64,000 nucleotides of DNA. Source: Lingula anatina (lineage: Eukaryota > Animalia > Brachiopoda). Each line of letters starts with the position of its first letter. The first letter of the stretch is position 1. The stretch covers positions 62,846,788 through 62,910,787 of the forward strand of contig CM120640.1 in assembly GCA_051362555.1 (NCBI GenBank). Reading direction: 5' to 3'. Of the stretch, positions 11,946-23,465 are shown piece by piece. The translations under genes and the position numbers were made by a program. The notes under the pieces are model-generated. The model saw nothing but the letters and a program-made list of their open reading frames with translations. It was not told the origin of the DNA and did no database searches.

Positions 11946-12025
11946 AGTTCACTGTTCATACACCGCTAACAGTCACAAAAGGAAGCTAGGATATACCCTT
12001 TCGTCGTCTTCGGTATATCCTCTTT
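11870..12025 (-). mobile_element. Possible SINE body fragment
   Basis: Minus-strand ataccgaagac...ggtatatcctagcttcctt resembles the segment following the tRNA head in invertebrate SINEs. This is recalled pattern, not a search result. Confidence 0.35.
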
Positions 12026-12158
12026 GGCTAACTACAGAGATGTGATTTCAGACGTTAACGCCAATTGTCAATTTAAAAACTTTAAACGAAAACTTAGAAA
12101 TAGTTGTATCTCCCTGTTGCTGTAGGTCTCACTTGAAACTTTAAGTTCTGTTAAGCTG

Positions 12159-12415
12159 TGTCGTGATTGGCGTGGTGCTGGTTCCCTTCAGAGTCCCTCT
12201 TGAACAATGTGCACCTGCGTTAATGTGGCCAGTTAGCTTTATATGCACGCTGACCATAATCTGTGTTCCCGTGGTATCGCGATGACTGAGTAGTGAAAGA
12301 CAAAATCAATTGTTCCTTTACGCCTCCATGTAATTGGGGTCCTTTGGGAATCAATTCAACCACGTTTTCCAATCACCTGCCAGGGCTTGATCAAGGGTGT
12401 TCCCAAGTCACGACA
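12159..12415. mobile_element. Probable solo LTR (257 bp)
   Basis: Termini TGTCGTGA...TCACGACA, near-matching 4-bp flanks GCTG/CCTG, and an internal TATAAA on the minus strand. Confidence 0.5.
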
Positions 12416-14790
12416 CCTGGTATCAAACACTGTGGACAAGGAGGCGACAGAAGAGGTGCGGTTTCGGGCTGATTTCCCTAATCTAAGAGTCTGCTAAAAT
12501 TCACTAGCGATTCTAGGGAGATTTCTGGAAATATACGGTTGCTACTTTAGATCAACACTGATTGGCTGTTTTGATTAGTGACGCAATCGTATATACCGGT
12601 ACCTGTCAGATACAAGCAAGTGCCCTAGGCGTCGCTCTGTCAGAGGTGGCCAAACGACAAATATCGGGACACAAATCCGAACATTTTTTTAATGAAATGT
12701 ATATTTGCTTGAAAAGGTCCTCTAACAAATGTATCATACAAAGAGAAGGAAATATTTAATCAGTATCTGATTTTTCCTCATCAAGTTGTTAGCTGGACAT
12801 TTCAAATATTCCTGTATGTTGTAAATAGTTATTTTCCCCACTGTTTACCCTTAAATTATTGCACCTTATCGTCAAATTCCGGTAAAGGAGATATGATTAT
12901 TGATCAAAAACTGTGCTACCAGTGCATTTTACTTCATATTAACCAAACAACAATAATATTCAGCTAGGAGTATCAAAAAAAGATAACCCGAAACCGACAC
13001 CGTGGTGTTTAATGCTCAGTTAGTCGACCGAATCTAAAACTTTTGCCGAGTAAGAACGATAGCTGCTTTTACGGTATTCATTTTTTTCTGCGTACTAGAG
13101 AAATGTTTATTTTTAACCGAATGATATACCAGTGTCAGTGCTGTACATCAAAGCTGAACACCTTGCCACTCTGTAATATGCAACCAATTTTCACCGGTGA
13201 TTCACAATTTGTCGTTCAAAACGGCACTGTACAAATATGATATTCTTATGGAAATTGAGAAAATGGGGAACAGCAACTTAAATCAATTGAAAATTAATAG
13301 GGGTGCAATTTTTGTGTTCATCTTTTTTTAACTTTCGTAATTACTTCGTCAACTTAACACCCACGTTATGCAATATTTTAATTGAATCTTATTGCAATGA
13401 TAGGGTAATCTCTGAGGACACACCAAAGAGTCATTAAGGTCTTCATTTCGTCCCACAGTTTATCACTTCACGGAAATTCTCATTTTTGGCAATGTGTAAG
13501 AAGCCTGAATCTAAGTGAGTCTATGCACGATCTTGAAATGCAGAAGTGCCAATTTTAGTGTCGAGATAATACTGCATAGCACGGTAATCATCATTTATCA
13601 TGAACGTTGAGGAAGGCGTGAGAAGAGACCAGTGGGCATGCATTAAGTTATGTTGCCTCACAATGAACCCTAAAAATTTGAATGTTTTTTGAGGTGTGCA
13701 TAAGACAAAATGAAAAAAAAATTTTTTCAGATTAAGAAACTTCGCAATATGCGGCTAATGCCATATTTGATCTCCATATTATAACACCAAAATTGTCTGG
13801 ACTTTTGTAAAACGTTATCGACGGGACATCTCTTAGACTTAAAATGAAGTTGACAGACGCCCCCAGAGACACCGACTGGTGTGTTACCTGTGGTCAACCA
13901 CCGATAAATGTTCACGTAGAACGCCCGCCATCATTCCTATATCACCTGACACATGGTTATCAAAAAACAATAATTACATTTTCGAAGCGCTATATTTCTG
14001 TCTATGTGTATTTCCTGCATTATGGAGAACCGATAAAAGTATTTGACACCAGCCGTGCAGAGATCTTGGGTGACTGACCAAGCCTGCAGATGCATTTATG
14101 ATAGCAGAGGAGATACGTAAATAGATCGAACGTTTATAGAAAATATGCATGAATATTTAATGTTTGTCCGCAGACGTTATTTTGAGTGAAAAGTACACTG
14201 TCTTATGAAGTACAGGGAATTTACAAAAATTTATCAAAAATGTTATAAATAATATACATTTCTTCAGAAAAAATCTCAATGAATCAACTGAAACATTTCA
14301 ATCTTTAATTCAGATAAGTATGAATTTCAGAAATTCCCCTTTAGATTTTTAGTTTTTTTTTCAATCGCCCACCAAGGAACTTGTAAAAAAAAATCGCCAA
14401 CTGGATATTTACATACTCAATATTTCACCTGGTAATGCCAAAATAATTGTCCGGAATCTCTACACTCCCACACTCCCAAAATGCTATCAAAACCTTCAAT
14501 GAAGCAGACTGTGGCCTACACTGACATCAAACAACTAAGCGTTCGCTGATAACACATCTTTACGTAGAAAATGCACATGTTGAATAAAAAAGGTAGCTTA
14601 TAAAAGGTTTCTTTTTTTCCAAATGGAGATCTTATTTATTTTCTGGAATTTGTTTAATTGACCAGGTGACCGTTGATCGATCGAGCATTTTGCTCCACGC
14701 GCACCAGCACATAACCGCAATTGATCGGAAGACACATGTGTGCCAGAGGATCAGTAAGTGCATTCTATCACCTCAGTAATCCGACATTAC

Positions 14791-14793
<3 letters not shown>

Positions 14794-14865
<72 letters not shown>
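14794..14865. repeat. (TA)n microsatellite
   Basis: Directly visible. Confidence 0.98.
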
Positions 14866-14868
<3 letters not shown>

Positions 14869-17800
14869 TAAAAACAATGGAACCAGTTAGCATTCTTACC
14901 AAGGAATCCGGCTGATACCCGTCACTGTTATTAACGAGTCTTTCAGTGTATAACTTACTTCGCTTAAAACTCCTCGGCTAATTCCGTCAGGTCGGGTCAT
15001 CTTGTTGATAAGATATAGAATCACCCAACGCTGTCCGCTTGATCAATATTTCATCTAAGATACTGAGACTTTCTAACAAATTAAACAAAGAAAAAGGTGC
15101 CGTCCAGCACGCATAATATGGAACTCTAAATTGCTTAACCGGCACGCCAACTAGTTCATAGCACACACACGGAATTAGTTCGCATCATAATAGGAAAAAA
15201 GAAAAAACAGAGAAAAATAAACGTAAAACTGAATCTTAACAATGACCACACGTGCAAATAGGACACGTGCATGCACGCCTACATGTACAAGACAAGGCGA
15301 GACCAACTTTCTTACACACTGTACAACACAGCGCGTCAGATCCAGATCCGTGAGATCCAGGCCTAGTAAACTAAACTGAAGGAAAGCTTGACCCTGCCAA
15401 GATCCTTGATAACACAATAAATCCTCGCCACAATACCCAAGAGCTAAATTTGAACCACGCCGCATCATGATATGCCATGCCGGGCTACCCATATCACCTG
15501 ACCAGTTCTGTACCCGGTCATTTTTATTTTGTACTTATGGCGAGTGGTTTCAACTAGTATCCGAATAGCCAGTGATCGGCGTTAATAGAATAACGCTTGA
15601 AATATCTTAGAAAACGTTATTTATCGGTCTTCCATACACCACTGTAATGCTCTCAATCTCTGTTTCCATTATAATTCATGATCTGGCATGTGTTAAATAT
15701 TTCCATCATTCCTGAGTACTGTCCTTTAAATAGCGTTCAGTGCCACTCCTACCGCTGTACTCTGCCAACGAGTCTTCGATATGGTGAAAGGGACTAAAAT
15801 TCTGATCATCCTTTCTAATGAAATCAGACACAATTTGTTCAATACAGCGCTTTTATGTGACCTCTGGGAAATTGCTCCATCCTGCTTTAAAATGTAATTT
15901 TCGTCGGGATAGAAGCCAACCTCCACGAGACTACAAAACGCCTGATTCCGGTACTTAAATACCATGGTTTATGTTCGAGTCGCCACAAGGGTGTCAAAAA
16001 AAAAGCCACTGAATCAAAACTTTGAAGTGTCAGAAGCTATAACATGTAAAGGCAGAAAGTGAAATTTCATAGAATCATTTTTGTGACATCAATCTTAAAT
16101 TGGGGCGTTTTCACCCATTCCCTTTTCGGCAAAACTTTGGAAATTGTCTTATCATCAATGCCAATAATGACAGTAATAAACATTTGTAAAAAAGAAAAAT
16201 GCACATCATTCGTCTGGCACATGTAGCTGCGAACGATCATATGTATTTGTAAAATTGCCCAAGCCATGCCCCGTTTAGAATTGTATTTTGCTTTTCTATT
16301 GTCCACACTTCACAAACAGTAATGAACAAAAGTTTTTCTGTCACAAATCAAGATTTTGGCAGTTACGAGGGGTATTTTGATGTAACATCAGCCATCTTCG
16401 GCAGTCTCAATTCGACTTTCAAAGCATTCACAAACGATGTATCATATTTTGAAGAGATATGCTAGAATGCATGAATAATTATACATATGACACATTATGC
16501 ACAAGGTAACATAAAGAAACTGCACATATGAATATCAGATATGAAGTGGATAAAATCGTTTATATCATTATCCATTGGGTGCTCTCAAAGAAACACTGAG
16601 CATTTGACAGATGGTAAACGAAACTTCCATTGAGTTTATTTTTAATTAAATAAGGACTTTTGTTCTTAAAGTAAAGCGTTGTTGCGATTAATTTCTCAGC
16701 AACGTGAGGCAGACACATTGCTGCTTGGCAAAAATGCAATACCCTTCTTGTCGCACCAAACACAATGAACGAGACATAGTCGCCATAAAGATTTTAGGAC
16801 CGTAAACACTGTGTTACAACTTTTCAAATACAGGGTGGTCTAAAGGGTTTTTATTATAATTAAGCAGCATTTTCTACTGAAAGAAAAAGTTTCCTAATTT
16901 TTTTACATAAACCTGTCCTACAAGGTTGTTATTTTGCGTTATCATCGTTTTTCGAGTAAACCGCCACCTTCCAAGCACATCTTAATAGTTTTCAACGTGT
17001 TCCACCCAACTACCGCGCCGATGAATCAGTGTCTGCACGCACATTTAAGTTTGTAACTATCCTATTTTAATAACAAAAAACACTTAAAGGGAATATGTCT
17101 CCACTCAAATGTTATCCTTAGCTTTTGCAACCAAACGCATTTTGGAAGTGGTTGCAAAATGCGGTCGATCAGAATATGCGCTTAGACTAGTGGGGTTACA
17201 TTAAAAGCGCATTTTACAAGCAGGTTTTTTTTCTAAGTCAATAAAACTGTTGGAAGGATTGTAGAGATACAAACGAGATATTTATCCCCGCACTTCTGTG
17301 ACAATGGCCTTCGGAATGAAGGTACTAGTGCGACTGGGGGTTAGGCAGTCCCTGAATGGATGAATCAATGGAATTTTCGTTATCTGTTCCTATATTAATT
17401 GGGCACACAAAACTTACATGCCTGTAGGATAGAGCTATTGAAAAAAAAAACAAGGTTTTCCTTTCAGTAGAGAATGCTCTTTTATCAAATATGAAAACAT
17501 TTCGTGCAACCTGTACGATAAAGCGAAGCTCCTTATATCCATCATAATTTTCTGGACAACCCCATAATACAGAGAACGCTATGTTTCGCTTTATTTGGAA
17601 TGCACTCATGTTACTGTTGTCAAAAAAATCAAGCGCCATCAAGATTTTGAACAGAGTGCTTCAAACATTTTTTCAGCTGTTCAATGGAAAAAATTAATTT
17701 CGTTTTACTTTCTATGACTTCTCATCTTTATATAAGGGCACTCAGTTTAGTCTACAGTCCTTGTAAATCTCATATTAAATAGAACTAAAAAAAAGATTCA

Positions 17801-18517
17801 TAATATTTTATTACAAAAATACATTAAGGCCAGATCATACAATTTTAATATCGATACTGACCTTAACAGGTATTTCAAATGTTGAACAATCATCACATAT
17901 TTCTACTCTTTTGACAAGTTCAGCTAATCTTTATTATATAAAGGGAGATTTCTAACAATTGTAAAGAAGTATACACTTATAAAAGGGTAGATTAATCTAT
18001 TTCCAACTTATTTTTGGGTTCAAATTTGTGCTGATCCATTGATCGATTTATAGCAGTTCATCTCCTTCTTCTGGGATGACTTTTTCCTTGTATTTTAAAG
18101 CCAAGTGTTTATGAAAAAAATAGTTAAAGTTATTCAGATCTACGCCTTCTGAATAAGTTACACTGCCCTAATTCAGTGCCAATGTATCAAATATTTCGAA
18201 ATATAAAATGATGCCATTACTTTATACTTAAATTTTAAATACAAATATTATACAAAATATGTCCTATAGAATACAAACACAAAAAGTATGGGACAAAAAT
18301 CATCACAATCTCCCAGCGATCCTGTAAACCTTAATGGTTCTTACATCTATGCATTTTAAAGTACTGTACATTTGTAACCCTTTTTCAGATCTATGAAATC
18401 AGTACATTTTGAGATATATCGCTAACATTATTCAGTTTATCGTAAATACACAATATCACCAAACAACGATTGACAGAGAGCTTTGGTCATGCCCAACAAC
18501 ATTATCCTTTTCAAATA

Positions 18518-18730
18518 CACTGAGCAAAGGTATAAACGTCGCATGTGCATTATTTATGTAACATATAATGGGCTAAGGACAGTATATGGTTAACACGTTT
18601 ACCTTAGCTTATATGGTTATTTTATAATTCTTCAAAATAACGATGTTTCCGAACTTTTTTGGTCGAGTGTATTTATATAAACCGTGACTTTCTTAAGTAT
18701 TAGGTGGGGCGTTTATATTTTTGCTCAGTG
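18518..18730. mobile_element. Tc1/mariner-like MITE
   Basis: 23-bp TIR CACTGAGCAAA(GG/AA)TATAAACG(T/C)C, with TA on both flanks. Confidence 0.8.
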
Positions 18731-19389
18731 TATATAGAACAGCCAGTTACAGATTAGTAGTAGGTCAAACACATCAGTGCACATCTCTCTGACTGATGTA
18801 CACATCAAATGGGAATTGTCCGAGATCGTCTATAAAGAGGACTTGGCTCATACGAGACCAGCGATAAGGGCGATGCGCCGGTTATGTCTTCTTTTAAAAG
18901 CAATTCAAAAGTGAAAACCAAAACTTGGTAAATATACAGTGCTGTGCAATTGACTGTAATTCGACAGATCTTTAAAGAAAACCAGACAAATATCCGTGGA
19001 TACATTTGGTCAGGTGTTATTCTATGACGCACCGCACTCGCAAGCCATTATTTCTGTCCCCACGGTCCTCCGTTCGCGAAATCTTCCTTGATTTAACCCC
19101 GAGTCGCCAGATTTTTTGGGCTGTCTCGGTTAATTCCTCATGAGTTCTACTGCTGACCCTTTTCAGTGCATTAGAACTCGTTGAAAACGTTGCTTTTTAC
19201 CAACGACGAACACCAGAAGGACAATTGCAGAATCGTGCGGAAAACACTTGGCTTAGGGCAAGCTGGTGAACTGAAATTGGCAAATTATTGCACGTTTTCT
19301 CCTTTGTGACTAAGCTGTAAGCCTGGGATATAGGCCTATTGCCGCTATGTTGTATAATCCATAAAATATAAAACGAGCATATTTTTACC

Positions 19390-19702
19390 TTAAGTTTTAC
19401 ATGACGGACAGAAGGTTTTCTTTTTCTTTTCAACGTCGTCTTTCTCTAGTAAATCACACAAACTGTTGTGCCTTCTCTCTCCCAGCCTAAACCTTTTTAG
19501 CATAGAGTCTAACAGGCTTGTGAATAACTGTTCAACGTTTGTATTTGATTCAGAGCTGACTTCTGTGTACGGGATTTCCAAGTCCTCCGCTCTTTTGAGT
19601 GCCGTTTCCACGCTGATTGCCCGTTCATTCGTGAGGTGACACCGGGAACCGACCAACATCGCTTGGACGTTATCAGGACCGTACTCCTTCAAATCTCTGT
19701 AC
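19390..19702 (-). CDS. Rab-like GTPase, last coding exon (YRDLKEYG...VGSRCHL...EVSSES...KKKKTFCPSCKT*)
   Basis: Acceptor ttacttag|G completes the Trp codon in phase 2. The C-terminal half is Rab-like, with a polybasic stretch, two terminal Cys and stop TAA. The spliced product is 220 aa. Confidence 0.93.
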
Positions 19703-20446
19703 CTAAGTAAAACAAACCAATAACATAAAACGCAGAACATGTTTACAATTAATAAGACACGCCTCGATAAACTTCAGCGCCCTGAACGAATGGGCATACA
19801 ACTGATTGATTGTTGATGATACATTTGATTGTTGTGGTGAAATTTCTAACGATAAATAAAGATAACCGTAAAGTTATTTTTATGCAATTTTTACGAGCGA
19901 AGAAACCACCCGTGTTTTGACAAGGAATGTTGGAACTGTTAGCTTCTGAACCGTATAATTTGTTTGCGACTCAGTTGCAAATTTAATGCATCGAATAGTT
20001 TTGTTTCAATAGGCATTACATGACTTATATTCCTGGTCGTTGGTTGTTTTGTTTATAAAGGGTGAAATCCTTCTCATATATATCTTTTTTTGCACTATCT
20101 ACAGTGTATCTGCACTTGAAATAATCCAGTCACCCCAGTGCTTGTCAAATAAACACTTCAGTGTACACGACGATCATGGGTCCAACAACGTGACCGAAAG
20201 GTTGGCTTACCTAAGCTTAACAAAAGGGGGCTTCACTTTAATCTAATAACTACAAAGCCTTTTTATCTCAAATTAAAGTTGGATGGCACTATGGAAAAAA
20301 ACCAAAAAGATATAACTATAACACAGACATTAAAAGACTGATATGAAAACTCTTATGACTGTTAAAACTGTAAGAAGTTATAATCTCCAAAATAAAAAAA
20401 AATCATAAAACTTTTTTTTCAAATTTGACAAAATCCTGCATCTTAC

Positions 20447-20555
20447 CAGTTCGTGACATCATCAAATGATTTCTGATTGGTGACGTCAAATAAGATGATG
20501 CAGCCATGAGCTCCTCTGTAGTACGAAGCGGTCAAACTGCGGTATCTCTCTAATC
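20447..20555 (-). CDS. Rab-like GTPase, coding exon 2 (GLERYRSLTASYYRGAHGCIILFDVTNQKSFDDVTNW); absent from the ORF track
   Basis: Acceptor tttatag and donor TG|GTAAGA; 109 nt, phase 1 to phase 2, compatible with both neighbours. Contains RabF3 (RYRSLT), RabF4 (YYRGA) and RabF5-like (LFDVT) motifs. Confidence 0.95.
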
Positions 20556-21981
20556 CTATAAAGTAAACGCATTCAATTTAATTGTAAACATTACAATCGT
20601 TGATTATGTAATCATTATACAAAAATGGCATCGTTCTGCAGATAAGATGGCGTTTAAGATTACTTTGTTCAGTAATAGCGATTGGTAAACGTAGAATATT
20701 TACGTAATGAATACATATTCTACGGCGGGGCCGATCTTGGAGGGCGTCTAGTTTGTAGTAATGTCCTTTTCAATATACTTAACTCCCCCCTCACCCCTCA
20801 CACACACACACAAACACACACAGACACACACACACACACTTGTAAATACTCATGGAGCTCAAATATAAGCACAGGTTTCACGACTGTATTCTACGTACAT
20901 CATTCTTAGCGCATCTAAAATCTAATCTAGGTGCAATTCTAGATTCAATTTCCTCACTGGCCTTGACCATTCCAGGTATGTGCCTAAACTGTCATTTGTA
21001 TTCATTGTTATCGCGCGCTGTCACAGCTTACATCCTGACTTGTGAAAATGCTCATTATGGCAGGATTCAATAAACAGCCATTTCAGATAAGCAATTTGTT
21101 CGTCAGGTACTAAATATGGAGGCATCCTGGCTTGATAACAATGTCAACAATGCAGGTTTAATATTAGAGGCAGTCTGTCCATGTACTGGAGCTGTGAATC
21201 ACAGGGCGGGGAATACTTGTTGCCAGGTGGACTACAATGTACGCACGGGGCAGGTAAAATACCTGTAGGCCCTACTCTCTGATGCTGTGTATTCATTCCA
21301 CATCAAAATAACACAGACTTAACTTCAACGTCTCAGGAATGCCATTCTTTTTTTGTAATTCAAGACCTGGGGCAGCTTTATTTGTTGTACTGACAGTAGT
21401 CTAAGAATCAAATGATCTAGTCACAATAAACATGTAAGAGTCACACTTAACGACTACCTGAAAGTAACAATTGAAAGCCTACAAAGGACACCTTCCACTG
21501 CAAAGGGGGTCTATAATTAGGGTCATGGGGCCAACAGAATAGCTGCCACAAAACAAACCCGTGCTGTTTGGTATTGGTGTGTGAGTGTGTGTGCGTGGGG
21601 TGGGGGGGGGGGGGTGGGGGCTTATAAATCGGCTGAGAAATCAGGTGGCACTCACTGTGACGGCCAAACCTTGGGAGTATTAGCTGATCTTCACAGTTGA
21701 ACTACAATACTGAGTCTATCCGACGAGGCGGTGAATGAAGCAAATATGAAAACTATATCCCACATGCTATACGAAGTAGGCCTATCGATAACTGATGTAA
21801 ACAAAGTAACCCAGCAGCGGGCGTAGAGAAAGAGCTCCCTTGATATTAAGATCAGTGTCAAACTTAGTCTTAAGTATAATACGGAAAAGGGCGATCTTGA
21901 TCAAGCTCGTTAGGTCTTTGATATCAGTATGGCTGAAACTAAAGCTAGGACCCATGAAACTGTGCAATGTATTCAACTTAC

Positions 21982-22222
21982 CGGCGGTGTCCCTGATTTC
22001 AATGCGAACTCTCTTGTCAAAGCGCACTAGCTCTTTCACCATGCAATCGTTGTCTTCGTGTTTTCCAGTCGTTGTAATTAATTTAGAATGACCATGAACG
22101 TACGTCCTGATCAAGCTTGACTTGCCGACACCCCGGTTCCCCACCAGTACCACACGAAAGTTGAAATCGAAGCCTGTATATCGAGAGCTCACGCTCAACC
22201 GCGGCCTGCTACTGGCCGCCAT
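21982..22222 (-). CDS. Divergent Rab-like small GTPase, coding exon 1 (MAASSRPR...GNRGVGKS...IRDTA)
   Basis: P-loop GNRGVGKS follows FNFRVVLV. G3 motif DTAG is split by a phase-1 donor G|GTAAGT at 21981. Exon length 241 nt = 80 codons + 1. An acceptor (ttttag) lies 12 nt upstream of the ATG. Confidence 0.93.
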
Positions 22223-22820
22223 GATGAAGCTCTCCTAAAATAGAAACAGTAATATATGATGACGTCATACAAAGGGAATTCCCAAGTTGATTGGAATCCG
22301 TTGTTGAACTACTTTTGGTACTTCAGGTTAGTATTCTTAAACAGAAAAAAAATTTGTGTAAATAAATACCAACCTGCTGATTTAAAATTTAAACAGTTTC
22401 TATCTTATCTATCTACTTATTTAAACCCTAAAGATCCATACATTGAATGTTGAGGTCGTTATGATCAACTAACTAGGCTTACTACAGTTATCAGACACAT
22501 GGACACACGCAAACACCTGTCAACTACATGAAAAAAGACATGCTAATCATGCAGTATAAGGCTACCAGTAAACGTCAGTTGAACATTTTAACATCCCTCA
22601 CTCTCATTCACCTGACCCCTTCCCTCATACAAGCTTTCTGTAAATTTGTTTACTGAGTCTGTATGTAGCCATATTTCCAGTCAAGCAGCTACGGTTTACT
22701 TTAGGTATCGCTATCACAAGGCCTGCTGAGATAGCTCATACCAAGAAGTTATATTCTTCAACTTCTTGCTCATACTAAGTTGAACTGCCACAACTGGACA
22801 AAACAAAATGCGACATCTTA

Positions 22821-23035
22821 GGCTCTATTCCCATAGATTTTAGATCGATCTATCCCCGCGGGGAGTCTCACTAGATTACTTTCAGATAATCCGACTTAAA
22901 TGTCCGTCCCGCCTACTACAAGCTGTAAGGGGGTAATTAACTTTCGTGTCCGCCCGGCTGACAGCTATTTAGCGTGAACCCCCAGGGAGTTAGGTCGATC
23001 TAAAGTAGGTCGATCTAATCTATGGAAATGGGGTG
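22821..23035. mobile_element. Hairpin MITE family B2, upstream of Rab coding exon 1
   Basis: Full-length reverse-complement homologue of 58392-58605. Shares gatcgacctaactccctgggggttcacgctaaat with 6076-6322. Flanks TTA/TAA. Confidence 0.85.
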
Positions 23036-23384
23036 TAAGGCCTATTTAAGACGCATCTACCAATAAAATTTTTGAAATATATTCAGGTGTATTATTTGAA
23101 AAAGGTGTCCCTTTTCGATTCAAACACCCAAATATATTTTTTACATTAACACGGTGTCACTTTCATTTGGTGCATAGGCCTACATGCACATCTACGTTGC
23201 GACTTTTAGCACAGTTCACACATTCTGAAGTACTGAAAAACTGACTTGAATGGAGTAGGCAGAACGAGGATTCCACTCTCAAACGTTTATGTAAATAAAT
23301 GAATATACTCGAAATATTCCATGCCACTGCCAAGAAATTTGATGAAGATGAACGCCGCTGAAACTTTCTCGGTTAAGATCTTAC

Positions 23385-23465
23385 CGTCTGTAAACATTGC
23401 TGCATATACGGCGACAGAGAAGCGTCTGCTGAGAGTGGAATATGAAGAGTTCGGGGGATCGCCAT
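23385..23465 (-). CDS. Candidate upstream exon of the Rab-like gene (MAIPRTLHIPLSADASLSPYMQQCLQT)
   Basis: ATG-initiated, 81 nt, ending in ACG|GTAAGA (phase 0). It joins in frame to the acceptor at 22234 (ESFI-MAASS...). It could instead be non-coding or unused. Confidence 0.4.

Noticed and set aside
12515-14340. Possible 1.8-kb TIR element (aggggagatttctg / cagaaattcccct)
   Set aside because: Short, gapped TIR match and no target-site duplication.
17850-18200. Possible death-domain-like coding relic on the minus strand (IGTELG..., LAELVKR)
   Set aside because: Requires several frameshifts; too little similarity to support.
21782-21981. 3' part of the 146-aa ORF, and the first 13 codons of ORF 19390..19740
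   Set aside because: These are intron read-through; the splice sites and exon 2 explain the true protein.
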